In this document: positions 1-7,734 of the stretch, piece by piece
Position numbering within the stretch: the first letter of the stretch is position 1
How the letters are laid out: each line of letters opens with the position of its first letter
Virus record (IMG/VR): IMGVR_UViG_3300028831_000395
Coordinates: 1-64,000 of that record
DNA: 64,000 nt
Origin: a virus
Strand: one strand, 5' to 3'
The notes under the pieces: model-generated
What the model was told of the DNA's origin: nothing
The model's input: only the letters and a program-made list of their open reading frames with translations
Database searches by the model: none
Program-made: the position numbers and the translations under genes

Positions 1-184
1 CGTTATTTGTCCCGCACGGCACGCACTCGGTGTGCACGCCCAGAGCACCGACGACCGCGAGTCCGCCGACCCCGTCGCGCCAGGACGCGTCCACGTAGAC
101 GACGGAGGTGTCGGTCCGGTCGGGGAGCGCCGCTCGGCGCATCGCCGCGCGCTGACGGACCTCCCAGGGGTCAGCGCGGTTCAT
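1..184 (-). CDS. Ribonuclease H-like protein, partial (3' end cut by window edge)
   Basis: ATG at 184 overlaps the stop of the 181-390 gene (ATGA). Translation MNRADPWEVRQRAAMRRAALPDRTDTSVVYVDASWRDGVGGLAVVG resembles the first strand/Asp of RNase HI. Confidence 0.45.
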   Translation of the reverse strand, partial: MNRADPWEVRQRAAMRRAALPDRTDTSVVYVDASWRDGVGGLAVVGALGVHTECVPCGTNN

Positions 185-390
185 GCGACCGCGACGATCA
201 GGCCGGTCAGGACCGCGAGGATCGCCAGCACGAGCCCCGTTCCGAGCCCGATGTAGAACGCGACGGGGATGCCGAGCCCGAGCGGGTCGTCGGCTGCCGG
301 CTCGCTGTGCGTGAGGGCGAGCGGCACCTCGGAGCGCCCGCAGAACGGGCATGGGTCCAGCGGCGCATGGTTGGTCGGAGGATCGATCAT
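181..390 (-). CDS. Small membrane protein (69 aa)
   Basis: C-terminal TM helix IPVAFYIGLGTGLVLAILAVLTGLIVAVA. ATGA overlap with the upstream gene stop at 387. Confidence 0.55.
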   Translation of the reverse strand: MIDPPTNHAPLDPCPFCGRSEVPLALTHSEPAADDPLGLGIPVAFYIGLGTGLVLAILAVLTGLIVAVA

Positions 391-1124
391 CCGGTCACCG
401 GTGTGACGCGCGCGAGCGCCTCGCGCAGCACATCGCCGCAGCGATCGCGTGTCGCGTCGTCGTTGAGCAGACGGTTTAAACCGGACGGGTGGGGGATGGT
501 CACGACGTGGGGTGCCCAGCGGTGCTCGGGCTCCTGGCCGGCGCGGGCGACCGGCGTGTAGATGTGCCACGGCGCGGCCCACACACCGAAGTCGCCGAAC
601 ATGGTGCCCCAGCCGCCGGGCCTTGAGCACGCCGGCGTCACGTCGCCGTCGAGCGCGCCGAAGACGGCGAGCTGGACGCGTCGGCCGAGGCACACGATGA
701 CCGGCGGTGGCGTGACGGCGAGCCGCAGAACGGCCTTCGCGCCCGATAGCTGACGGTAGAACTCCTCCTGCGGGTGGCCCTTCCCGGGCGGCACGATGGT
801 GGTCGTGACGTGCTCCGCACGGAGTTCCTCGAGGAGCAGGCGGGCGCGTTCGCGCGCCGTCGGCGCCGACCAGGGCGTCGCGTCGGCGTAGCGCTCGAAC
901 AGGTTGTGGCACTCGAACCGGTCGTACAGCGCCCACGTCCAGCGGCCGTGCGTTGATCCTTCCGGCTGCGGCGGGATGCCGGCGAGCTCGCACAGCACGC
1001 GCGCCGGGCGCCCCGAGAGCGGGAAGGTGTGGTAGCGGTCGCCGCCGCGCGACGGTGCCTCGCCGAGAAGGATCGGGCGGGGGCGATCGTCGCCGGCGGC
1101 GACGTCCAGCGTGTCGACGGTCAT
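387..1124 (-). CDS. Uracil-DNA glycosylase superfamily protein
   Basis: Motifs LLGEAPSRGG (GEAPG-like) and IPHPSGLN (HPS motif). Start set at ATG 1124 (MTVDTL); the upstream part of the ORF is an Arg-rich shadow. Confidence 0.6.
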   Translation of the reverse strand: MTVDTLDVAAGDDRPRPILLGEAPSRGGDRYHTFPLSGRPARVLCELAGIPPQPEGSTHGRWTWALYDRFECHNLFERYADATPWSAPTARERARLLLEELRAEHVTTTIVPPGKGHPQEEFYRQLSGAKAVLRLAVTPPPVIVCLGRRVQLAVFGALDGDVTPACSRPGGWGTMFGDFGVWAAPWHIYTPVARAGQEPEHRWAPHVVTIPHPSGLNRLLNDDATRDRCGDVLREALARVTPVTG

Positions 1125-1126
1125 CG

Positions 1127-1447
1127 TCAGTCGAGCAGCGAGGCGAAGAGGTTGCGCTGACGCTCGGTGAACGATCCGACCGTCTTCGTCTCGGGCACGC
1201 CGAACTTGGCGAGGAACCTGCTCGTGCGCGTGGTGCCCCAATGCGGCTGGGATGTCAGCAGCTCGGAGATGGTCATGCTCGCGGCCTCCCACGGCACCCT
1301 GGACACGACGTCGGTGACGGAGACGGACCCCTCGCCGACGTGGCGCTTGAGCTCGGCGCGCGCGAGGCGCACCTGATTGGCGCGTCGTAGAGCGATCATG
1401 TGCTGCGGTGTTGCCTGCGCGTCGCGCTCGGCGGTGGCGGGCGTCAT
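1127..1447 (-). CDS. Actinobacterial integration host factor (MihF-like), copy 1
   Basis: ALRRANQVRLARAELKRHV...SELLTSQPHWGTTRTSRFLAKFGVPETKTVGSFTERQRNLFASLL matches the mIHF architecture. ATGA-coupled to copy 2. Confidence 0.65.
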   Translation of the reverse strand: MTPATAERDAQATPQHMIALRRANQVRLARAELKRHVGEGSVSVTDVVSRVPWEAASMTISELLTSQPHWGTTRTSRFLAKFGVPETKTVGSFTERQRNLFASLLD

Positions 1448-1779
1448 GAACGCCGCAGGAGCTGCACGAGGTCGTCGCGCTGGCGGTCGGACAACCCGGC
1501 GATGGTCTTGCTCGGCGAGATCCGGCACTGCGTCACCACGCGGTTGACCTTGACCCTTCCCAGCTTCGGTACGGCGAGCAGGACGTCGAAGACCTTCGCG
1601 CCCTCGATGTAGTCGGGCGGATCGACGAGCACGTCGTGGATGCTCGCGACGCCGGCCTTGAGGTCCTTCTTGAGCTTCGACCGCTTCGTGCGGACGATGT
1701 TCGCGCGCTCGAGCGCGTCGAGGCGTTGCGTCGGTGACCGTGGGGGCGTGGACGCGGGGTGTGCTGCAACGGTCGGCAT
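1444..1779 (-). CDS. Actinobacterial integration host factor (MihF-like), copy 2
   Basis: ALERANIVRTKRSKLKKDLK...VFDVLLAVPKLGRVKVNRVVTQCRISPSKTIAGLSDRQRDDLVQLL. GGAGG lies before ATG 1779. Paralogue of 1127-1447. Confidence 0.65.
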   Translation of the reverse strand: MPTVAAHPASTPPRSPTQRLDALERANIVRTKRSKLKKDLKAGVASIHDVLVDPPDYIEGAKVFDVLLAVPKLGRVKVNRVVTQCRISPSKTIAGLSDRQRDDLVQLLRRS

Positions 1780-1798
1780 GCGGCCTCCGTGGTTCGTA

Positions 1799-1823
1799 GG
1801 GGTTGCGCCGCACAGTGTAGCGC
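1799..1823 (-). promoter_or_regulatory. Conserved phage promoter/leader motif, copy 1
   Basis: Minus strand reads GCGCTACACTGTGCGGCGCAACCCC, about 20 nt upstream of ATG 1779. TACACT fits a TANNNT -10. Confidence 0.6.
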
Positions 1824-1904
1824 GCGGCGTGCGCTCTGTGCGAAGTTTCCCCCGCGACGACACGCGCCCCCTCGACGCGCGCGCCGGGTTCCCCTGCCGT
1901 CCGG

Positions 1905-2042
1905 TCAGCCGCCGCCCGGGATCACGGCCTTGACGACCTCGACGACGAGCGACCCCGTCGCGCCGACGATCTGCACGCCGAACACGAACGCCGCGGCGGC
2001 GACGCGCGAGACGGCCTCCTCGAACCCCGCGACGAACTTCAT
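1905..2042 (-). CDS. Small hydrophobic protein (45 aa)
   Basis: MKFVAGFEEAVSRVAAAAFVFGVQIVGATGSLVVEVVKAVIPGGG. ATGA overlap with the 2039-2503 gene. Confidence 0.4.
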   Translation of the reverse strand: MKFVAGFEEAVSRVAAAAFVFGVQIVGATGSLVVEVVKAVIPGGG

Positions 2043-2503
2043 CGCGCACCCGTCGGCGTCGGCTTGTGCAGCAGCTTGCCGACGGCGCCGGCTACGGCGT
2101 CCTGGATCTTGTCGCGCGGCGGCGCGCTGAGCGGCACAGCGACCTTGACGACGGGCACGGGCGGCGCCTTGGCGGGCTTCGCTCCGGGGGGCGTGGCGAT
2201 CGGCGCGGGCGTCTCGAGCGGGACGGTGAGGACGACCTTCGGGTTCGCGGTCGGCGTGACGGCCGCCTTCGCGCCGAGCAGTCCGAGCAGCGCGACGACG
2301 CTCTGCACCGGTGTCTGCAGCTTCGCCGGCAGCTTGCCCGCGAGCCACGCGAGGAACGTCGCGAGACCCCCGAACGCGATCACGGGGTCCTCTCCGACGC
2401 GCCTCTTGAGGTTCGCGACGAGGTCGGGGAGCAGCGCGTCGGTGACCCTCTTCACGAACGGCTTCTGCAGCGTGCTCTTCAGCTTCTCGAGTGGGTTAGC
2501 CAT
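2039..2503 (-). CDS. Hypothetical protein, hydrophobic centre and Pro/Ala/Lys-rich C-terminus (154 aa)
   Basis: Start at MANPLEKLK (ATG 2503). Protein-like composition, unlike the overlapping frames. Confidence 0.5.
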   Translation of the reverse strand: MANPLEKLKSTLQKPFVKRVTDALLPDLVANLKRRVGEDPVIAFGGLATFLAWLAGKLPAKLQTPVQSVVALLGLLGAKAAVTPTANPKVVLTVPLETPAPIATPPGAKPAKAPPVPVVKVAVPLSAPPRDKIQDAVAGAVGKLLHKPTPTGAR

Positions 2504-2602
2504 GAGGTCGAGACTACCCCTAGGTGGGGGAGCCTCGTCAACGCGGGGCGCCTGTAGACCGAAAGACGGGGCGCTGGCCAGCGCTCGGCGCCCCGCCCGC
2601 AC

Positions 2603-3073
2603 CTAGCCGATCGTCCGCACGAACACCTTGCCGGCGCCGCGCGCCCCGATCCGCAGCCCGACGAGCGCCTTCAACCGCGCTGTGAGGTCGAACTCGCGCC
2701 CCGCGACGAACGGGCCGCGATCGATGACGCGCGCCGTCGCGCACCGCCGCGCGCAGAACCGCAGGCGCGTGCCGCACGGCTTCGTCTTGTGCGCCACGCC
2801 GACGGTGCCCGGCTCCAGGACGCCGCCGCAGCCGAGCGCGTTGCCGTACAAGCCAGGCCCGTACCACGACGCCCACGCCGGCCTGAACTCGTCGGCGTGG
2901 GCGTCCTCGAGCCCGACGGCCGGCGCGACCGCCAGCGCGGCCGCGGCCAGCAGCGCTCGTCGGCGTGGGTGATGGATCCTGCGTCGGCGGCGCGCCGGCG
3001 CGTCGCTTGTGGAGCCGGCTCGCTCGAGCACGTCGAGGATCGCCGCCGAGGTGCTGCGCTTCGTGATGATCAT
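2603..3073 (-). CDS. Secreted RlpA-like double-psi beta-barrel (DPBB) protein
   Basis: Tat-like leader RRRRRIHHPRRRALLAAAALAVAPA followed by an ASWYGPGLYGNALGCGG core typical of RlpA/3D-type DPBB domains. Confidence 0.65.
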   Translation of the reverse strand: MIITKRSTSAAILDVLERAGSTSDAPARRRRRIHHPRRRALLAAAALAVAPAVGLEDAHADEFRPAWASWYGPGLYGNALGCGGVLEPGTVGVAHKTKPCGTRLRFCARRCATARVIDRGPFVAGREFDLTARLKALVGLRIGARGAGKVFVRTIG

Positions 3074-3127
3074 GTCCGCTGCCCTCCGTTCGGCCGGGCT
3101 CCGAGGACCCGGCGTTTGTCCTCCCCC

Positions 3128-3436
3128 TTACGCGCCGTGAACGACGCTTGAGCTCTCCCTCGGCGCTGGCCGGATCTGCGGCTCCGTTGGTGTGGGCACC
3201 GGGATCGCCGGCCATCGGGCGGAGCCCCGGCCGGGATGCTCCGGCCGCGGTAATCCCGTTGATGCCGAGGAAAAGAGGGGCAGCTGATCGACGACGCGCG
3301 TGCCTCGCAGCCGCTCGGCGGCCTCGTCGATCGCGGCGCACACCGCGCCGTCGGGATCCCCGACCGGCAGCGACGGGGTCAGCAGGGCGCCGTAGCGCGC
3401 TCGGAGGTCCTCGGCGACGCGCGCAATGTCGGTCAT
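3128..3436 (-). CDS. Hypothetical protein (102 aa)
   Basis: Start MTDIARVAEDL at 3436, ATGA-coupled to the 3433-3648 gene. Confidence 0.45.
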   Translation of the reverse strand: MTDIARVAEDLRARYGALLTPSLPVGDPDGAVCAAIDEAAERLRGTRVVDQLPLFSSASTGLPRPEHPGRGSARWPAIPVPTPTEPQIRPAPRESSSVVHGA

Positions 3437-3648
3437 GCGAGGAGCGCGCGAAGCGTCGTCTGGTCGTCGTGGCACGGCATGGAGAGCCAGATCAGCGGCG
3501 AGACGCGCAGCTCTATGAGCAGGGGGACGTCGCCGATGCGCTCTGCCGCGACCGCCTCCTGGTCCGTGATCGTCGCCTCGAGGCAGCCGGCGACGCGGTA
3601 GCGCATCGTGCTGCGCGTGGCGTCCCGCCAGAACTCAAGCGTCGGCAC
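3433..3648 (-). CDS. Hypothetical protein (71 aa)
   Basis: GTG start at 3648. Balanced composition (PTLEFWRDATRSTMRYRVAGCLEATITDQEAV). Confidence 0.5.
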   Translation of the reverse strand: MPTLEFWRDATRSTMRYRVAGCLEATITDQEAVAAERIGDVPLLIELRVSPLIWLSMPCHDDQTTLRALLA

Positions 3649-3650
3649 GC

Positions 3651-3875
3651 CTACGCTCCGTCTCGCGCTCGCTCGTAGGCGGCGACCGCGGCGCGTTGAC
3701 GGCTGTCGTGGATCCGGTCGCTCCCGCGCAGCAGCAGCGCGCCCAACGCGATCGCGGCGAGCGCCGGCCAGTACGGCAACGCCGCGGACGCGAGCGCGAC
3801 GAGCACCAGGACGACGACGTAGGAGAGCATCGACAGATGCCGCAGGCGGCGCCGACGGCGCAGCGCGGCGCGCAT
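3651..3875 (-). CDS. Small membrane protein (74 aa)
   Basis: Two hydrophobic helices: SMLSYVVVLVLVALASAALPYWPALAAIALGALLL. Confidence 0.4.
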   Translation of the reverse strand: MRAALRRRRRLRHLSMLSYVVVLVLVALASAALPYWPALAAIALGALLLRGSDRIHDSRQRAAVAAYERARDGA

Positions 3876-3885
3876 GCCGTGCGTG

Positions 3886-4395
3886 TCAGTCGGCACCGTC
3901 GGCTGCCTCCTCGGCGGGGTCGGCCGCGAGGACATCCGCCAGGTGCCGGCGGATGCGGCCGGCGAGAGCGTCCGAGCCTGGCGTGTGTAGCCCGTCGACC
4001 TCGCCTGCGATGCGTCGCAGGAACGCGGCGAGGTCGTCGCGCTGCCCGATGACGTCGCCGAGCGCCTGCCCCGCCGTCGCGATCTTCTCGCGCTGATGTC
4101 GTACGAGCTGCTCGAACGCGGCGCGCTCGCGTTCGCTCGGCGGCTCGTCGGCGATCTGCCGGGCCTGCAGCGCCTCGCGCGCGGCCCGCATGTACCCGAG
4201 GGCCTCCGCGGCGTTGCCATACATCGGGCTCGCGCGCTGGCGCGGCGTGAGGCGGTCGGCGGCGTCCGCCGCCTTGCTCGCGTACGCGAGCAGCCGGTCC
4301 GCGAAGCTCTCGGGCGCATCATCGCGGTCCTGCGGCGGCGAAGCGGGCGGCGGGTCCATGCGTGAGGCGGGATCGGTCATCGGGTGCGAGGTCAT
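3886..4395 (-). CDS. Hypothetical helical protein (169 aa)
   Basis: GGAG lies 4 nt before ATG 4395. Helical, acidic, protein-like sequence. Confidence 0.55.
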   Translation of the reverse strand: MTSHPMTDPASRMDPPPASPPQDRDDAPESFADRLLAYASKAADAADRLTPRQRASPMYGNAAEALGYMRAAREALQARQIADEPPSERERAAFEQLVRHQREKIATAGQALGDVIGQRDDLAAFLRRIAGEVDGLHTPGSDALAGRIRRHLADVLAADPAEEAADGAD

Positions 4396-4413
4396 GGGCT
4401 CCGTAATCCCGCG

Positions 4414-4617
4414 TTATCGCGCGTCGAGGTAGACGCGCGCTCGGCGCTGGTAGTCGTCGGAGTCCACGAGCCCGGTGGATTCCAGCGTCGCGAGGTGACG
4501 GCGCACGGTCGACCCTGACAGGCCGGTTGCCTCCGCTATCGCTCGTACCGTCACCGGGGCCATGTCGCGGACTTCCGCGAGCACTACGCCAAGGTCGTCC
4601 GTCTGTTCGTGGGTCAT
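4414..4617 (-). CDS. Winged-helix (ArsR/MarR-like) DNA-binding protein (67 aa)
   Basis: VTVRAIAEATGLSGSTVRRHLATLESTGLV is a classic HTH plus wing. Start at MTHEQT (4617), ATGA-coupled. Confidence 0.65.
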   Translation of the reverse strand: MTHEQTDDLGVVLAEVRDMAPVTVRAIAEATGLSGSTVRRHLATLESTGLVDSDDYQRRARVYLDAR

Positions 4618-4832
4618 GGTCTCTCCGGTACTAGGTCGCGTGCGGCCAGCCCATCGCGTGCCCACCGGAGCGCCCACCGTTGACACTCGGCCTCGCGTTC
4701 TCGCAAGCGAGCACGGAGGACGGCGTTCTCGCGGCGCAGTTCAACGACGTCGGTGGACGCCGATACGGGGTAGTCGAGTTCTTCCAGGGTCACGGTGTCT
4801 CCGTAACTGCGCTTATGAGGCATGGCTCTCAT
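4614..4832 (-). CDS. Hypothetical coiled-coil protein (about 72 aa)
   Basis: VELRRENAVLRARLREREAECQRW. Start at 4832 or 4823. Confidence 0.45.
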   Translation of the reverse strand: MRAMPHKRSYGDTVTLEELDYPVSASTDVVELRRENAVLRARLREREAECQRWALRWARDGLAARDLVPERP

Positions 4833-5004
4833 CTTCGCGCTCCGGGAGCGATTGAATGGCCAGCAAGGTCCCCATCCAATGTGGCGCGTAGTCACGCACC
4901 GTGCAGAAGGTCGGGTGATGTGGGTTGCCCAGGCACCAGACCAGCGCGTGGTCCTTCGCGTGGTTGGGCGGCTCGTCGTCTGAGCAACGCTCGAGATCAG
5001 GCAT
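4813..5004 (-). CDS. Hypothetical Cys/His-containing protein (63 aa)
   Basis: TAATG 1-nt overlap with the HIT gene stop. Non-shadow composition. Confidence 0.45.
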   Translation of the reverse strand: MPDLERCSDDEPPNHAKDHALVWCLGNPHHPTFCTVRDYAPHWMGTLLAIQSLPEREDESHAS

Positions 5005-5387
5005 TACGTCCCCTCCGGGTCGTTCGTCCAGGGCAGTGCCAAGCCATCGCCGTCAGTGCGGGGCACGACGTGTACATGCAGATGAAACACGGTCTGCGTT
5101 GCGGCCTCGCCGACGCTCGTGATGATGTTGCAGTCGCCCACCTGCCGGGCGATCAGGCCCGCGACGCGCATCGTCGCCTCGGTGACACCGAGCACATCGG
5201 CGGCATCGTGGACGTGCCGCGTCGGGATGACGAGGCGGTGACCTGCGACGACCGGGTTCAACGGCTCAATGACGATGCAGTCGTGCAGTCGCGCGAGCAC
5301 CTGCCCGCGGGAGTCATCTCGCACGATGGCGCAGAAGACGCAATGTTCGGCATCAGACACGGTAGCCATGCACGGCTCGTCGGTCAT
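5004..5387 (-). CDS. HIT (histidine triad) family hydrolase
   Basis: CVFCAI N-terminal motif and the histidine triad HLHVHVVPR. Confidence 0.85.
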   Translation of the reverse strand: MTDEPCMATVSDAEHCVFCAIVRDDSRGQVLARLHDCIVIEPLNPVVAGHRLVIPTRHVHDAADVLGVTEATMRVAGLIARQVGDCNIITSVGEAATQTVFHLHVHVVPRTDGDGLALPWTNDPEGT

Positions 5388-5755
5388 CGGCCGACCGATC
5401 GCACGTGGTCGGTGAACGCGACGGGGTCGGCGAGCACGGCGTGTGCGATGGCGACGGCCGCTATCGCGAGCAGCAGGATGACGATCGGCGTCAGGAACGC
5501 GCGCATCGCCGGGCTCATGCGGCGTCGGCGTCGGCGCGCGCGGGGTCGCGGCCGGTCGATGACGCGCTCTATGACGCGGGTGGCGGGCGCGGCGGGCTGC
5601 GTGACGTGCATGTGCTCGATGTGGACGTAGATGCCCGGCGAGTCCGGTGGGTCTGGGATCTCGACGCGGGGGTACGGGTCGAGGATGGTCACGTCTTCTG
5701 CGGGCACCGCTTCTGCGCGTGGGCGCCGCTCAAGTGCACGCTTCGTGTCGATCAT
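5384..5755 (-). CDS. Membrane-anchored hypothetical protein (123 aa)
   Basis: Poly-Arg stop-transfer then TM FLTPIVILLLAIAAVAIAHAVL. First gene after promoter motif copy 2. Confidence 0.55.
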   Translation of the reverse strand: MIDTKRALERRPRAEAVPAEDVTILDPYPRVEIPDPPDSPGIYVHIEHMHVTQPAAPATRVIERVIDRPRPRARRRRRRMSPAMRAFLTPIVILLLAIAAVAIAHAVLADPVAFTDHVRSVGR

Positions 5756-5772
5756 CCGGTGCCTTCCGTCGC

Positions 5773-5797
5773 GGGGTTGCGCCTCAGAGTGTAGCGC
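5773..5797 (-). promoter_or_regulatory. Conserved phage promoter/leader motif, copy 2
   Basis: Minus strand reads GCGCTACACTCTGAGGCGCAACCCC, 18 nt upstream of ATG 5755. Confidence 0.6.
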
Positions 5798-5870
5798 AGT
5801 CTGGGTGCTGGTGCGACACGTCTCGCCGCGCGGCGCGCCGGACCCGTCGAGCGGGCCCGGCGCCGGCGAG

Positions 5871-6185
5871 TCATCGCAGCGGCGGCCAGCGCCACGTCCC
5901 AGGCGTGTGCTCGTCCTCGGTGTAGAGGCCGCCGATCGCCTCGTCCTCGGGTACGTCGCGGGCGATGTAGGTCGTGCCGAGCTGCTGCGACGCTGACGGC
6001 GAGAACTGCGCGAGGTGAACGTGCCCCTCGGCGGGCGACTCGACGTCGGCTGTCGGGTACTCGCGGGCGCTCAGGACCGTCGACACGACGACGGCCGGCA
6101 CGACGCCGGCGGATGGGTGCGACGCGCGGTACAACACGATCCTGCCGAGCGTCGGGGTCTGGTTGGGGCGGGCTTGCAGCGTCAT
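5871..6185 (-). CDS. Hypothetical protein (104 aa)
   Basis: Start MTLQARPNQ (6185), ATGA-coupled. Beta-rich, protein-like sequence. Confidence 0.55.
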   Translation of the reverse strand: MTLQARPNQTPTLGRIVLYRASHPSAGVVPAVVVSTVLSAREYPTADVESPAEGHVHLAQFSPSASQQLGTTYIARDVPEDEAIGGLYTEDEHTPGTWRWPPLR

Positions 6186-6436
6186 CGGGTGCTCCGGTTG
6201 CGCTTGCGGGCGATGCGCGCCGCCTTGCGCTTGCGGCGACGCCTGCGGCCCTGCGCGATCTCGCCGTCGCGGATCAGCTGCGCGACCTTGTCGCTGATCG
6301 GTACGAGCTCGCCGCGGGCCTCGGCCTCCTGCATGCGGATCTCGGTCGCGAGATGCTCCGCGCGCGTCCTGGCGGGGTTCGGCACGAGCTGGCCGGCTTC
6401 GTCGCGGTCGAACAGCTCGCCTGATCGGGTGTCCAT
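6182..6436 (-). CDS. Hypothetical protein with basic C-terminal tail (84 aa)
   Basis: GGGAGG lies 8 nt upstream of ATG 6436. Tail is RRRRRKRKAARIARKRNRSTR. Confidence 0.55.
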   Translation of the reverse strand: MDTRSGELFDRDEAGQLVPNPARTRAEHLATEIRMQEAEARGELVPISDKVAQLIRDGEIAQGRRRRRKRKAARIARKRNRSTR

Positions 6437-6465
6437 CGTGGAGTCCTCCCTCGGGGTTTTGATCA

Positions 6466-6489
6466 TTTTGTGACGCGGATGTCACAAAA
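6466..6489. promoter_or_regulatory. AT-rich perfect palindrome (candidate operator/promoter)
   Basis: TTTTGTGAC-GCGGAT-GTCACAAAA: 9-bp perfect arms, 30-53 nt upstream of ATG 6436, in an otherwise GC-rich 270-bp non-coding gap. Confidence 0.5.
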
Positions 6490-6534
6490 CTCTCGTTGCC
6501 GGACGGAGCCGCACGTCGGTGCCCTTAGAACGCA

Positions 6535-6570
6535 GCGAAGCCGCCCTGGTCCGGGGCGGCTTCGCTTTGG
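6535..6570. terminator. Strong hairpin (12-bp stem) with TTT on the plus strand
   Basis: GCGAAGCCGCCC-tggtccg-GGGCGGCTTCGC followed by TTTGG. Sits between the end of the 6709 operon and the 6436 operon; orientation is ambiguous. Confidence 0.5.
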
Positions 6571-6708
6571 AGGCGGTACGCACGGGTGGCCCGCGTCCAG
6601 GGGAAGGGCGGGACGCCCGAGCCGCGACGATACAGCAGCTGCGGGGTCACGGTGAAGAGCGCGGCCACCGAGAGTGCCTGAACCTCGCCCGGCGCCGCGC
6701 GGCGCAGT

Positions 6709-7029
6709 CTACTCGGACGGTGGCGCGGCGACCCGCATCTCGGCGACCTGCCCGACGACGTGCCTGGCCGCGGCCGCGGCGGTGCTTTTCGTGATCGGGC
6801 CTCGCCGGTCGATCACGCTCGTCAGCGCCGCGCAGACCGCCCGCTCGAGCGTGGCTCGGTGAGACAGTGCGGGCGCCACCGCATCCTCGAGCGGCGCTAC
6901 GTCGCCGCCGGCGCAGCGCTTCATCGTCGCGGCGATGGCCTGCCACTCCAGGTCTGACCAGCCGCTGTCGACGTACGCGATCGCGCCGACGAGGGTCTGC
7001 AGGCGTTGCGGGCGAGGCTGCGGCGTCAC
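6709..7029 (-). CDS. Hypothetical protein (106 aa)
   Basis: GTG start at 7029 in a GTGA overlap with the upstream stop. Sequence LQTLVGAIAYVDSGWSDLEWQAIAATMKRC. Confidence 0.5.
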   Translation of the reverse strand: MTPQPRPQRLQTLVGAIAYVDSGWSDLEWQAIAATMKRCAGGDVAPLEDAVAPALSHRATLERAVCAALTSVIDRRGPITKSTAAAAARHVVGQVAEMRVAAPPSE

Positions 7030-7250
7030 GTGCCGGTCGCGAGGAGGCCCTGCACGGGATCGTCGCCCGGTGGGCGTAGGTGGACGGGATGCTGCGGTGC
7101 GCAGCGGCATCCCTTCCGAGCGCACGGCTGGACTCGGTCGGTAGCGGCCGGGTCCGGCACGTAGCCGGCCTGCCCGGCTGTCGGACGCACGTAGAAGTGC
7201 GGCGCGATGCTCGCGACCCCACCGTCCGAGCGCAACTCGACGTCCGTCAT
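7026..7250 (-). CDS. Hypothetical protein (74 aa)
   Basis: MTDVELRSDGGVASIAPHFYVRPTAGQAGYVPD. ATGA-coupled on both sides. Confidence 0.5.
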   Translation of the reverse strand: MTDVELRSDGGVASIAPHFYVRPTAGQAGYVPDPAATDRVQPCARKGCRCAPQHPVHLRPPGDDPVQGLLATGT

Positions 7251-7450
7251 CGCGGGACGCGCACCGCGACGCTGCCGCCGGCTGGCTGGCGATCGCGTGC
7301 GAGCGAGAGACCACAGCGGCGGTGCACGATCGCCGTCGCGCGTGACCGGCCGACGAGTCGGACGGGCGGCGGTGGCGCTCCCTGCGCAGTGGCGAGCGCG
7401 CGGGCGAGACGGGGGGCGACGTCGGCGAGGTGCTGCTGCTGTTCGGTCAT
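7247..7450 (-). CDS. Hypothetical protein (67 aa)
   Basis: MTEQQQHLADVAPRLARALATAQG. ATGA-coupled. Confidence 0.4.
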   Translation of the reverse strand: MTEQQQHLADVAPRLARALATAQGAPPPPVRLVGRSRATAIVHRRCGLSLARDRQPAGGSVAVRVPR

Positions 7451-7734
7451 CGGGTCCGGCCTCCTCGTGGGGTTCGTCTGGCTGGTCTGGCTGGCGCGCG
7501 GAGGTTCCACACGCCGTCGAAGTGGACGAGCTCGGCGCGCTCGAGGCCGCGCAGGACCTCGGCGACCTCGCGGGCCTGGTCGGCCGTCGCGCCGACCGAG
7601 CGCGCGCTGACCGGGTAGACCTCCTGGACGACACGCTCGGTCGTCTTCGGCGGCACGCAGCGCGTGACGGCGTCGAGCACACGCTCGTCGAGGCGGGTCA
7701 GCGCGGCGACGAGTGCAGCCGTGCTCGTCGTCAT
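7447..7734 (-). CDS. Hypothetical protein, possible winged-helix (95 aa)
   Basis: MTTSTAALVAALTRLDERVLDAV...AREVAEVLRGLERAELVHFDG. ATGA-coupled. Confidence 0.5.
   Translation of the reverse strand: MTTSTAALVAALTRLDERVLDAVTRCVPPKTTERVVQEVYPVSARSVGATADQAREVAEVLRGLERAELVHFDGVWNLRAPARPARRTPRGGRTR

Noticed and set aside
6466-6489. The palindrome contains TGTGA...TCACA, reminiscent of a CRP/GlxR-family site.
   Set aside because: The CRP-type consensus is TGTGA-N6-TCACA. Here the half-sites are 8 nt apart (TGTGAC-N6-GTCACA), so I keep it only as a generic operator candidate.
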